This document shows positions 9,044 to 18,661 of a stretch of 64,000 bases of DNA, piece by piece. Every line of letters starts with the position of its first letter. Within the stretch, counting starts at the first letter, position 1. Under the pieces are notes generated by a model. That model was not told the DNA's origin, made no database searches, and saw only the letters and a program-made list of their open reading frames with translations. This DNA comes from Terriglobia bacterium. GTDB lineage: Bacteria; Acidobacteriota; Terriglobia; Bryobacterales; Bryobacteraceae. The translations under genes and the position numbers were made by a program. Location: positions 100 through 64,099 of the forward strand of contig CAWJTK010000014.1 in NCBI GenBank assembly GCA_963845785.1, written 5' to 3'.

Positions 9044-9986
9044 TCGCCGGATTTTCCGAGAGAAACGCCTGGACGCGCGCTTCCACCTTCGCTGCCGTTG
9101 CAGGTTCGTCGCCGAAGCCGGCAAAGACCTCAAGTCCGGGTTCCTGCCGGAACCAGGTCATCTGCCGTTTGGCGTAGCGGCGCGTCTCGCGGGCCGAATA
9201 GAACGAAGCGTCTTTGGGGGAGAGTTCCCCCCGAAGCACCTGCAGCGCCTGCTTGTATCCGATCGATTCGAACGGCTTGCAATCGGACGCGTATCCACGT
9301 TCCAGGATGGCGGCTGTTTCCTCGATCAGCCCGATCGAGAACATCGCCTGCATGCGGGATTCGAGGCGCTGGTAAAGCTGAGCGCGGTCCGGGAAGAGGC
9401 CGATCTTGAGGGTACGAAAGTCCTGCAGCGCATCGCGTCCCGCAGCGAAAACGTCGGTCGCGCTCCGCCGCTCCGAAAGGCAGATCTCGAGCGCGCGGAT
9501 CACCTTCGGCAGATCGTTCGGGTGAATTCGCGAGGCGGTCGGCGGGTCGAGGCGGCGCAGAAATCGATGGGCGCACCCCGGTCTTTTCGCCTCGCGCGCA
9601 CGCAGCCCCGCCCGTAACTTTTCATCGCGTTGGGGTCCTGGCGCGAGGCCGTCGATCAGCGCCCTGAGGTAAAAACCGGTGCCCCCGGTTACTACCGGAA
9701 GCCGCCCGCGGCCGGCGATCTCGCGAAGCACGGGCCGGCCGATGCGGGCAAAATCGCCCGCCGTGAACAGTTCGTCCGGATTGGCGATATCGATCAGATG
9801 GTGAGGAACATCCCGGCGTTCCGCGGCGGCCAGCTTGGCCGTCCCGATATCGAAGAGGCGGTAAATCTGGACCGAATCGCAATTCACCACCTCGCCGTTG
9901 AAGCGCTCGGCGATGCGCAGCGCGAGTTCACTCTTGCCCGACCCCGTAGGACCGGCGATGGCGACAAGATCAGGACTTTTCAGCAA
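9036..9986 (-). CDS. miaA: tRNA dimethylallyltransferase
   Basis: It has the P-loop AIAGPTGSGKSELAL, followed by VNCDSVQIYRLFDIGTAK and LPVVTGGTGFYLRAL. Confidence 0.93.
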   Translation of the reverse strand: MLKSPDLVAIAGPTGSGKSELALRIAERFNGEVVNCDSVQIYRLFDIGTAKLAAAERRDVPHHLIDIANPDELFTAGDFARIGRPVLREIAGRGRLPVVTGGTGFYLRALIDGLAPGPQRDEKLRAGLRAREAKRPGCAHRFLRRLDPPTASRIHPNDLPKVIRALEICLSERRSATDVFAAGRDALQDFRTLKIGLFPDRAQLYQRLESRMQAMFSIGLIEETAAILERGYASDCKPFESIGYKQALQVLRGELSPKDASFYSARETRRYAKRQMTWFRQEPGLEVFAGFGDEPATAAKVEARVQAFLSENPANA

Positions 9987-10075
9987 CGGATGAAACTCTC
10001 TTAACGTCCAATGGAGCGTTATACAATGATGACGAAGGATTGTGTCGCTTTACGGCGCACAAGGAAAGCTGGAAC

Positions 10076-12133
10076 ATGATCCGTCCCTACGCCGCCTTTT
10101 TGCCCGCCGGTTTTGTCTTCTTTTGCTCGCTCACGCCGGCCTTCGGCCAGGCTCCTGCCCAAGCCCCGGCGAATCAGGCTCCAGCGGGACCGACGGACGA
10201 ACACGCCTCCGCCTATTACGACTTTGCCATGGCGCATTTGTATGGCGAGTTGGCGGGCGCTTACGGCAACCGCGGCGAGTACGTAAACAAAGCGATCGAC
10301 ATGTATCGCGCGGCGATGAAAGCGGATCCTTCGGCGACCTATATCCCCGAGGAGTTGACGGAGTTTTACGTCCAGACGGGTCAGCTCGACAAGGCGATGC
10401 AGCTGGCGGAAAGTCTGCTGAAGACCAATCCTGAGAACAACAACGCGCGCAAGATTCTGGCGCGCATTTACAGCCGGCAGATCGGCGATCCCGACCAGGG
10501 CAAAGTCGATCAGGCGATGCTTAAGAACGCGATCTCCGAGTACCAGAAAATCACCCAGCAGGATCCGAAGGATTCCGAGAGCCTTTCCATGCTCGCGCGG
10601 CTCTATCGAGTGAGCGGCGACGCTGCAAATGCCGAAAAGGCCTATAAGCAGGTGCTTCAGATCGACCCGAACGATGCGGACGCACTGAACGGTCTGGCAG
10701 CGGTCTATGCGGATCGCGGAGACTTACCCGATGCCATCGACGTTCTGAAAAAAGCGGCGGCGGAGGATCCCGATCCGCGCACGATCCTGACACTCGCCGA
10801 GTTTTACGAGCAGGCCAAAGATTACGGGAATGCGGCCGACACATACAAGCAGGCGCTTTCCGTGGTCAACGACGACGTGAGTGTTCGCGTGCGGCAAAAG
10901 TGGGCGGTCAATCTTCTTGCGGCCGGCCGTCTGGATGAGGCGCTGTCGGCATTCCGGCAACTGGCCACCGACGATCCGAAAAACGTAGCCTTGCAATTGC
11001 AGTTGGCGGAACTGCTTGAACGGAAGCATGACTTTGCGGCTGCGGGCGACGCGCTGGCAAAGGCCAAAGCGGTTGACAATTCTTCTCAGGTTCGCTACGC
11101 CGAAGTAGAACTGCTGCGTGTTCAGGGCAAGACTCAGGAAGCGATTGCGGGTATGCAGGCCCTGCTGAACGACACGAAGAAAGACAATTACTCCGAGGAC
11201 GAGAACGCCCAGCGGAAACAGATGCTTCTGGGCCTGGCAGGCATGCTGCAGGAAGCGGGCAAGACACAGGAGACCGTCGCGGCGTTGCGGCAGATTTCGG
11301 ATCTCGATCCTTCGGTGACGTCGAAGGTAGAGGCGCAGATTATCGAAGCGCTGCGCTCGGCAAAAGAATACAAGGCCGCCAGGCAGGAAGCCGATTCGGC
11401 GTTGAAGAAGTTTCCGAGCGAACGGACCGTAGTCCTTGAACATGCCCAGCTGCTTGCCGACATGGGTCAGACCGATGCCGCCATCAACGAACTCAAAGGA
11501 CTGCCGAACTCTTCGAAGGACCGGGACACGCTGGTCAACATCGCGCAGATCCAGGACAAAGCCAAACGCTTCGAAGACGAGCGGAAGACGCTCGATGCGG
11601 CCGATGCTTTGGCGAAGACGCCGCAGGACAAGCAGACAGTCCAGTTCATGCGCGGCGCCATGTACGAGCGCGAGAAGAATTACGACGCCGCCGAAAAGGC
11701 ATTCCGCGATGTCCTCGCCGCCGACCCTGAAAATGCGGATGCGATGAATTATCTGGGCTACATGTTTGCCGATCGCGGCATTCGCCTCGATGAAGCGCAG
11801 CAGCTGATTCTGAAAGCTCTGGACCTCGAGCCGGACAACGGCGCGTTTCAGGATAGCCTTGGATGGGTCTATTACCATCAGAACCGGCTGGATCAGGCCG
11901 CCGACGAGCTTCGCCTGGCCGTGGACAAGGTCGGGAAAGATCCCACGGTTCACGACCACCTGGGCGACGTCTACTTCAAGCAGGGAAAGATTCGCGAAGC
12001 GATTCAGCAATGGGAAGTCTCGGTATCCGGATGGAAAGTAGCTGCACCCGGCGATCAGGATCCTGTCGAACTCGCGAAAGTTACGAAAAAGCTTGAGGGC
12101 GCGCGCGTCCGCGTCGCCGAAAAAGCCCGCTAA
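10076..12133 (+). CDS. Secreted tetratricopeptide (TPR) repeat protein
   Basis: The ATG at 10076 gives the signal peptide MIRPYAAFLPAGFVFFCSLTPAFGQ. Repeated TPR-like A..Y......P.......LA motifs run throughout. Confidence 0.8.
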   Translation: MIRPYAAFLPAGFVFFCSLTPAFGQAPAQAPANQAPAGPTDEHASAYYDFAMAHLYGELAGAYGNRGEYVNKAIDMYRAAMKADPSATYIPEELTEFYVQTGQLDKAMQLAESLLKTNPENNNARKILARIYSRQIGDPDQGKVDQAMLKNAISEYQKITQQDPKDSESLSMLARLYRVSGDAANAEKAYKQVLQIDPNDADALNGLAAVYADRGDLPDAIDVLKKAAAEDPDPRTILTLAEFYEQAKDYGNAADTYKQALSVVNDDVSVRVRQKWAVNLLAAGRLDEALSAFRQLATDDPKNVALQLQLAELLERKHDFAAAGDALAKAKAVDNSSQVRYAEVELLRVQGKTQEAIAGMQALLNDTKKDNYSEDENAQRKQMLLGLAGMLQEAGKTQETVAALRQISDLDPSVTSKVEAQIIEALRSAKEYKAARQEADSALKKFPSERTVVLEHAQLLADMGQTDAAINELKGLPNSSKDRDTLVNIAQIQDKAKRFEDERKTLDAADALAKTPQDKQTVQFMRGAMYEREKNYDAAEKAFRDVLAADPENADAMNYLGYMFADRGIRLDEAQQLILKALDLEPDNGAFQDSLGWVYYHQNRLDQAADELRLAVDKVGKDPTVHDHLGDVYFKQGKIREAIQQWEVSVSGWKVAAPGDQDPVELAKVTKKLEGARVRVAEKAR

Positions 12134-12248
12134 GATCGCGGGGCCTCTCGCAATAAGAATTCCCGTAAATTCTTTTGACATTTTAACAATTCTGCTGCCT
12201 TTTATAGTTAACTTGCGCTAGCATGGTCAGCATTCGAGGAGAATGCCG

Positions 12249-12902
12249 ATGAGCAGCAAGCCGGATCCGATCCCGCACGTCATCCCGCAGGAAGGGATAA
12301 CCTGTTGCCTCAAACAGGTCCAACTGGGCGAACAGGGCGCCGAGGAACGTCTTCTAACTCTGGTTTACAATCAGCTGCGGAAAATGGCCGGGCAGCGAAT
12401 GCGGAAGGAACGCAGCGACCACACGCTCCAACCCACGGCGCTGGCCAACGAAGTCTGGCTCAAGCTGATCCGCACGGCCAGAGGTACGGCCTGGATCGAC
12501 AGCAACCATTTCTACGCCACTTGCGGCCGTATTATGCGCAATCTCCTCGTGGATGCCGCGCGCAAGAGGAAATACGAAAAAATCGATGTCGAACTGGTAC
12601 CGGGAGTCGCAATTACTGAACAGCGCTCGGAGGAACTGCTCGCGCTGGATGTTGCGTTTGAACGGCTTGCCAGATTCGATCCGCGCGGAGCGCAGGTTGT
12701 CGAACTGATTGCTATTGTCGGACTCACCCAGCAGGAGACCGCCCAGGTTCTCGGCATCTCGGACCGGACCGTAAAGCGGGACTATACGGCCTGCCGGATG
12801 TGGCTGCGGGACCAGTTGAAATCTTCTCGAATCCCTCCCACCCTGCCCGCAACGACGCCTGCCCCGCCGCCTGCAACGAGGGCTGCCGCCGCAAGCGCTT
12901 AA
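12249..12902 (+). CDS. ECF-type RNA polymerase sigma factor (TIGR02999 / Sigma70_ECF-like)
   Basis: It carries LLTLVYNQLRKMAGQRMRKERSDHTLQPTALANEVWLKL and a region-4 HTH (LTQQETAQVLGISDRTVKRDYTACRMWL). AGGAGA lies 6 nt before the ATG at 12249. Confidence 0.88.
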   Translation: MSSKPDPIPHVIPQEGITCCLKQVQLGEQGAEERLLTLVYNQLRKMAGQRMRKERSDHTLQPTALANEVWLKLIRTARGTAWIDSNHFYATCGRIMRNLLVDAARKRKYEKIDVELVPGVAITEQRSEELLALDVAFERLARFDPRGAQVVELIAIVGLTQQETAQVLGISDRTVKRDYTACRMWLRDQLKSSRIPPTLPATTPAPPPATRAAAASA

Positions 12903-12913
12903 GCGCCGCCTGC

Positions 12914-15900
12914 ATGTCTCCGGAGTTCAGTTCGGAAGATTGGGAGTGGCTTAAAGAGCGTCTGGCGGACTATGCCGAGGCTGCACCGTCGGAGCGCGAG
13001 TCGATCTTCCAAAGCGTCAGCGCCCAGCGGCCGCATCTGGCTGCCGCGTTCGAGCGCGCCATCCGGGAATTTCGCGAAGACCCCGCGTCGCGCCTTTTTT
13101 CGATGTTTGAAACCGAATGGTTCGGGAAGCCAGACGAGGAAAAGCGGAACTTCGAACCGGGAGAACTGATTTCCGGGCGATATCTGGTGAAATCCTGGGT
13201 TGGCCGCGGCGGCATGGGCGAAGTCTATGAGGTTACCGATGAGGACTTGCCCGATCGCGGCAGAATCGCCCTGAAAACCATCCGCGGCGACATGATGGGT
13301 AGCCGCGAGGCCGCGGTGCGATTCGAAGAGGAAGTCCGTAATTCGCTCGCGGTGGCGCACCGCAACGTCTGCCGTATTTACGACGTCGGCCGATGCCGCA
13401 AGCAGGATTCCGGCTTTCTCTATTTGACGATGGAGTACCTTCCGGGCATCACGCTCGCGAAGTGGCTGCACGACAGGAACGTCCGCGCAACGCCGTTGTC
13501 CGAGGCCGAGGCGCTGCCCCTGATCCGCCAGATGGCCGCGGGTCTGGCGGCGATCCACGCAACGGGCATCATTCACCGGGATTTCAAACCGGCCAATGTC
13601 ATGCTTACGGCGGAGCGCTCCGCTCATCGCGCGGTGATCATGGACTTCGGATTGTCCCTGGCAGCGGCCGGCGATCCGGAAGGCAATATCACGCAGGCCG
13701 GTCAGGCGTTCGGGACGATACCCTGGATGGCGCCGGAGCAGTTCAGCCGGGAAGCGCCGGTGACGGTTACAAGCGCGGCAGACGTATATGCGCTCGGTGT
13801 GACCATGTACGAACTGGTGACGGGCCGCCGCTACGGGCTTGGCAGTTCGCTCGCCGACATTGCAAAAGCGCCTGTCAGCCAGCATTTGCGCCAGATCATG
13901 CGGCGCTGCCTGATGCCGGAACCGACCGACCGGTTTGCGGATTGCGGCGAACTGATCGAGGCGCTCGATACCGAACCGCCGCTGATTACCCGGCACCCCA
14001 CTCGCACCGGAATCGCAGTTGCCCTCGCCGTGGTGGCCATCTTTGCATTCTCGTTCTGGCGCGCCGCCGGTCCGAATCGCCCCGCCGCCGAGCGGCAATT
14101 GTTGCAGCAGGCGGCGGCGGGTATTTCCAGCAATTCGTTCCACCAGGCCAGCATGGCGCTGAAAAAAGCGCTCGTCGTCGCGCCTCACGATTCGTTCGCG
14201 CACGCGATGCTGGCGTATGCATACACGAATCTGGATCTGACCGGCAAAGCGAATGGCGAGATTATCAAAGCCGCAGCCGACGCCGATCTCGAGCGGGCCT
14301 CCGTGGATGAGCGGCTGTTTATCAAGGCTGTGCAGTCCACCATGGCTCGCGACTATCCCGGCGCCGCCGATCAGTTCCGCCGGTATTACAACAGCGGACC
14401 GCAGGCAGTAAAACCGGACCGCGCTGTGATCCTCGGGCGTGCGCTGGAACTGGCGGAGAAATACGACGAGGCGGAGAAGGTATACGAGTCGGCTGGAAAC
14501 CGGCCGGCAGTCCTTGAGGCGAAGGCGATATTCGATAGCAAACGGATGCGCATTCCGCAAGCGCGCCAGGAATTTGACGAAGCAGGCAGCGGATTTCGGC
14601 AGTCGGCTCAACTCGCCGCTCTCGATGAGACTGAGTTTCAGATGGGAGTCGCGCTGAACCGCTGGGGAATGATTCCCGAAGCCCGGAGGGCGCTGGAATC
14701 CTGCGTAAGCCAGGCGAAAGCCAGCGGCGATGATTACGGCGGTCTTCGCTGCAAACAGATACTCAGCGTCGTCTTTCTCGATCAGGCGACGACGGATCGG
14801 GAACTTGCGGCCACGCAGCGCTACCTCGAAGAGGTGATCGACGAAACGGGGCCTCTGGGTTTTCAACTGCTCCTCGGGCGGGAGCATTCCTCGCTCGGAC
14901 AGGTTTTTTCCCGAAGAGGCGACTACGAAGCCGCGGACCGGCAGTATCGGGAAGCGATGACGCTCGCCGAAAGCGAAGAGTCTGCGCGGCTTGAGGCGCA
15001 GATCGATTACGCCGCCGCAGATACCCATAACCGGTCCGACCGTTCGATCGAGGCGGAACAGGAGGGTCGGCAAGCTCTGGCTTTCTACGACGCCGATCAC
15101 GCGCAGAAGGACATCGCGTGGTGCGTCATCGTGCTCGGGCGCGCGCTTCGGAATCAGGGGAAATTCGACGAAGCGCGGACGCTGCTCGAAACGAGAAACG
15201 CGAAGATGACGAATTTGTCGCCGCACGACAAGGCCGTCATGTTACAGACGATCGGGATGATTTACGCCGGGGAGCAAAACTACCCCGCAGCGTTGAAGGT
15301 ATACCGGGACGCTCTCGCGCTCAAACCCGGCGGCGACCTCGGCCCTTATCAGCTCCTGATCGCAAGAGCCCAGGCGGAAACGGGCGACCTGGCTGCGGCA
15401 CGCGACACTCTGCGGGAACTGGCGCTTCGGGGGGATCTTCCGGGCGCGGAACAAAACGAACTTGAGGGCGATCATATTCTGCTCGATCTTTATGAAGGAT
15501 CGCCCGCGGCAGCCGCGCAGATTTCACCTCCGAGAGATGAGGGGCAGTCCATGGTATTCGCCGCCATCGCGAAGATCCGGACAAACAGAAGCTCGGACGG
15601 AATCTCTTCGTGTCAAAGTGTCCTGAAATCGAGCCACGATACGCGAGTAGTTACAGCGGCTCGATTATGCCTGCTTGAAGGATTCGTGAAACAGAAAGAC
15701 CGGGTCCAGGCCATAGACGTTTACGACTCGATCGGGAAGACGTGGAGTCCCCCGGTCGAATCGGCATGGAAGGCGGATGCGTTCATGTGCGCGCTGGAAC
15801 CGGCGAACAGTCAGTTCCGAAATTCGGCGACGGCGCATCTCGAAGATCTTCGCCGCCTCTGGTCCGTTCCGGTGTTTCGCCAGTACCTCAGCAGAACGGA

Positions 15901-15976
15901 TATTCGGCAGGTAATGTCGGAAGCCCGACTGAAGAACCAGGAGATGAAAAATGGCAGTGAACGACCCAGAGACTGA
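12914..15976 (+). CDS. Ser/Thr protein kinase with TM segment and long C-terminal TPR-like region
   Basis: It has Hanks kinase motifs (GRGGMGEVY, ALKTI, HRDFKPANVM, DFGLS, PWMAPE) and a TM helix (GIAVALAVVAIFAFSFW), followed by about 600 aa of TPR-like repeats. The start is uncertain, because the frame is open from 12800. Confidence 0.88.
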   Translation: MSPEFSSEDWEWLKERLADYAEAAPSERESIFQSVSAQRPHLAAAFERAIREFREDPASRLFSMFETEWFGKPDEEKRNFEPGELISGRYLVKSWVGRGGMGEVYEVTDEDLPDRGRIALKTIRGDMMGSREAAVRFEEEVRNSLAVAHRNVCRIYDVGRCRKQDSGFLYLTMEYLPGITLAKWLHDRNVRATPLSEAEALPLIRQMAAGLAAIHATGIIHRDFKPANVMLTAERSAHRAVIMDFGLSLAAAGDPEGNITQAGQAFGTIPWMAPEQFSREAPVTVTSAADVYALGVTMYELVTGRRYGLGSSLADIAKAPVSQHLRQIMRRCLMPEPTDRFADCGELIEALDTEPPLITRHPTRTGIAVALAVVAIFAFSFWRAAGPNRPAAERQLLQQAAAGISSNSFHQASMALKKALVVAPHDSFAHAMLAYAYTNLDLTGKANGEIIKAAADADLERASVDERLFIKAVQSTMARDYPGAADQFRRYYNSGPQAVKPDRAVILGRALELAEKYDEAEKVYESAGNRPAVLEAKAIFDSKRMRIPQARQEFDEAGSGFRQSAQLAALDETEFQMGVALNRWGMIPEARRALESCVSQAKASGDDYGGLRCKQILSVVFLDQATTDRELAATQRYLEEVIDETGPLGFQLLLGREHSSLGQVFSRRGDYEAADRQYREAMTLAESEESARLEAQIDYAAADTHNRSDRSIEAEQEGRQALAFYDADHAQKDIAWCVIVLGRALRNQGKFDEARTLLETRNAKMTNLSPHDKAVMLQTIGMIYAGEQNYPAALKVYRDALALKPGGDLGPYQLLIARAQAETGDLAAARDTLRELALRGDLPGAEQNELEGDHILLDLYEGSPAAAAQISPPRDEGQSMVFAAIAKIRTNRSSDGISSCQSVLKSSHDTRVVTAARLCLLEGFVKQKDRVQAIDVYDSIGKTWSPPVESAWKADAFMCALEPANSQFRNSATAHLEDLRRLWSVPVFRQYLSRTDIRQVMSEARLKNQEMKNGSERPRD

Positions 15977-16163
15977 ACCGAAGACGACGCCGACGCCTGT
16001 GCCTCCGCCCACAACTGATCCGACCAAAGAGAAGGAGCATCCTGACGGAAACGGCTCGTCGGGTGGCGGCGGTGACGGCGGCCATTAAGATCCGCTGAAC
16101 TTAAAGGCTAAACCCCATAGGTAAACCAGGCTGAACAACGCGCCGGCGTTCCCACGCTACCGC

Positions 16164-16976
16164 TTACAGAACGTCGGCGAATCCCCGTTTCATGTAACGA
16201 AATACCAGCCCGCCACAAATAAATGCCGCGATAGCGAATAACGCGATGGAGCCCAGGTCCCTGAACGAGGGCAGTTTGCTTCCCAGGAGAATTTCCCGGT
16301 ATTCACGCACAATATAGGTGAGGGGATTAGCTCTCAGCAGCACCAGACCCCAGGAAGGGAATTTATTCTCGGGAATCATAATGGGCGTGGCCCAGAACCA
16401 TAGCGTCAGGATCACCACTATCACCTGCGCGGTATCTCTCAGATAGACTTGCAGCGCCGCAGCGATCCAGCCGATTCCTACCGCAAACAGTCCCAGCAAC
16501 ACGATAAATACCGGCAGTAACAGGAGGATCGGATTGATGTGGCCGAGGAATATGGCCGCACCCGCGATAACCAGCGCCGCCGCCAGCAGATGGCTGATGA
16601 GTGAAGAAAGAAAAATGGACACGGGCACGATCTCGGCCGGGAATACGGTTTTCGTAATCAGATTTGCCTGCTCGACAAGAGAGCCCGCCGAGCGCTGCAC
16701 GGTCTCGCTGAAAAGGAGCCAGGGAAGCATGCCGGCGAAAAGAAACATCGGGTAATTCGTCGTCACCTGACCGGGTTCCAGGGTTTGCTTGAGGCAGATG
16801 CTGAAAATGAATACGTAGCTTGCCAAAAGAACCAGAGGGTGAATTAACCCCCAGAGCCAACCTGCGGCGGAGCCTACGTAGCGCTGCTGGAAATCGCGTT
16901 TAACCAGTTGTGAAATCAGTGTTCTGCGCGTGACGAGATTGCGCGCGAAGTGAGTTCCGGGAATGCGCCTTTGCAA
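16164..16976 (-). CDS. ABC-2 type transporter permease (polysaccharide/O-antigen export type, Wzm/TagG-like)
   Basis: It has six predicted TM segments and an N-terminal LISQLVKRDFQQRYVGSAAGWLWGLIHPL signature. The apparent start is TTG. No ATPase partner gene is adjacent. Confidence 0.8.
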   Translation of the reverse strand: MQRRIPGTHFARNLVTRRTLISQLVKRDFQQRYVGSAAGWLWGLIHPLVLLASYVFIFSICLKQTLEPGQVTTNYPMFLFAGMLPWLLFSETVQRSAGSLVEQANLITKTVFPAEIVPVSIFLSSLISHLLAAALVIAGAAIFLGHINPILLLLPVFIVLLGLFAVGIGWIAAALQVYLRDTAQVIVVILTLWFWATPIMIPENKFPSWGLVLLRANPLTYIVREYREILLGSKLPSFRDLGSIALFAIAAFICGGLVFRYMKRGFADVL

Positions 16977-17142
16977 GCCGAAATCTTAGCAATTAAAACG
17001 GTTGACTTGCAACCTTAAAGGATGTTAACCTCGCAGTTTCTTTATTCATAACCAGGTTTCGATCTCGCTTTGCCGGATTGTTATCTTTTGGCAGGGTTTA
17101 CGGTCCACCTGACGCGGGAGATACGCGTCCAGAGGAAAAGGA

Positions 17143-18033
17143 TTGAAGCAAAATTATTTTATTGTTGTTCTGGCGCATTCATTCCACGGGCGCTTGCAGC
17201 GTGTTCACATTCCGCACCGGTTCGTATACGGAGCGCTGGCGGGTTTCGGCGTGGCGATTTTATTGCTGTGCAGCGTCGTGGGCAGTTATGCCCGAATGGC
17301 TTCGAAGGTTTCGAACTACAATTCACTGCAACACGAAGCGCAGCTGCTGCGCGAGCGCTATGACAATCTGCAATTGAAGGTCAAACAGACCAACGAACAG
17401 CTCGCGAGTCTGGAATCGCTGGCCGACGAGGTGAGCATCGCCTACGGAGTCAAGAAACAAGTCGCCGGCTCTTCGGACCTGGTCGACGAGGCGCCGCTCG
17501 TGCCGACCATGCGCGATACCCTTGCGGAATACAGCTACCTTCGCACCACGAACCTTGCGGACCGCCAGCGAAACATCTTTATGCGCGGAGACATGAACGT
17601 GCTGCCCAGCGTCTGGCCCATCAATGGGCGCCTGATGGGCGGATTTGGAGTTCGCCTGGACCCGTTTTCCGGGGAAGGCGCGATGCATACGGGTATCGAC
17701 ATCTCTGCTCCGTACGGTACTCCGGTTCACGCGACCGCGGATGGAATTGTCATTCACGCGGGTTGGAACGGCGGCTACGGGCGATGTGTGATTATCGATC
17801 ACGGCAACAATTATCAGACCTGGTACGCGCATCTCTCCCGAATGGATGTAATAGAAGGCCAGGAGATCCGCCAGGGCGAAGTGCTTGGGGCGGTCGGCAG
17901 TACCGGGCGTTCTACCGGGTCGCATCTTCACTATGAGGTTCGCATTGCTTCCACGCCGGTAAATCCGTACCGATTTCTCGGGCGTACGAATTTTGCGGCA
18001 AAGGCTTCTCCGGTCAGCGAATTTCCTTTCTGA
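17143..18033 (+). CDS. M23 family metallopeptidase
   Basis: It carries HTGIDISAPYGTPVHATADG...GYGRCVIIDHGNNYQTWYAHLS...GSTGRSTGSHLHYEVR, with an N-terminal TM anchor and coiled coil. Confidence 0.9.
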   Translation: MKQNYFIVVLAHSFHGRLQRVHIPHRFVYGALAGFGVAILLLCSVVGSYARMASKVSNYNSLQHEAQLLRERYDNLQLKVKQTNEQLASLESLADEVSIAYGVKKQVAGSSDLVDEAPLVPTMRDTLAEYSYLRTTNLADRQRNIFMRGDMNVLPSVWPINGRLMGGFGVRLDPFSGEGAMHTGIDISAPYGTPVHATADGIVIHAGWNGGYGRCVIIDHGNNYQTWYAHLSRMDVIEGQEIRQGEVLGAVGSTGRSTGSHLHYEVRIASTPVNPYRFLGRTNFAAKASPVSEFPF

Positions 18034-18114
18034 AGCAGATCGCCTGGCGACTGCACACGCTGGCTGACGTAAAGCTCCGCCCCACGAAGGCTGGCTCGGA
18101 AGAGCCCGTTCGCT

Positions 18115-18522
18115 TTACACAACGGATTGGGCTGCCGCAGGCTTTGCGAATGCCACATTAATGCGAGGCGATAATCCCAAGGTGATGTCCATCTCCACGC
18201 TTTTGAAACTCGAATCGCCGAGCTGCTCTTTGACGTGATAAGCGGCCTGCAACGCTTTCAGGATGGCGATGAGCAACTGCTGATCCTTGTGTTGGGCGAT
18301 TAACTCATTGATGCGGCTTACATTCACGGTGTCGAGGGACGCAATCAGCTTCGCGTTTATATCAGGCGGCAGTCCCATACTCATCCGAAAATCTTTAATG
18401 GTGAAACCGAGTGCGCGCATAGTCGGAAGCGCATCATTAAATTCATCAAGAAATTTACTGGCGGCGCCCAGTACCGCGCCGGTTAACCCGTCGACCTTAT
18501 TCACGAAACCGCTGAGAACCAT
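18115..18522 (-). CDS. Hypothetical protein (lower-GC gene)
   Basis: The likely start is MVLSGFVNKVDGLTG at 18522. I recognise no motif. GC is visibly lower (about 50%) than in the neighbours. Confidence 0.5.
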   Translation of the reverse strand: MVLSGFVNKVDGLTGAVLGAASKFLDEFNDALPTMRALGFTIKDFRMSMGLPPDINAKLIASLDTVNVSRINELIAQHKDQQLLIAILKALQAAYHVKEQLGDSSFKSVEMDITLGLSPRINVAFAKPAAAQSVV

Positions 18523-18661
18523 AAGATTCCTGCTCCAGGACGATGTGCCGCCCGGGCGAGATATGTTACAGATGGTTTTCTCGCGGAACAAAATCCGAAC
18601 ATCTGTCGTCAAAGCCTCGTATCGTCAAATCGACAGGCCGCTTGCCGGGGAGGCAAGCTTT

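Noticed and set aside
12175-12215. Sigma70-type promoter upstream of the ECF sigma gene (TTGACA at 12175-12180)
   Set aside because: The best -10-like hexamers (TTTTAT, TATAGT) lie 19-22 nt downstream, which is too long a spacer. ECF genes are usually driven by their own ECF-type promoter, which I could not define.
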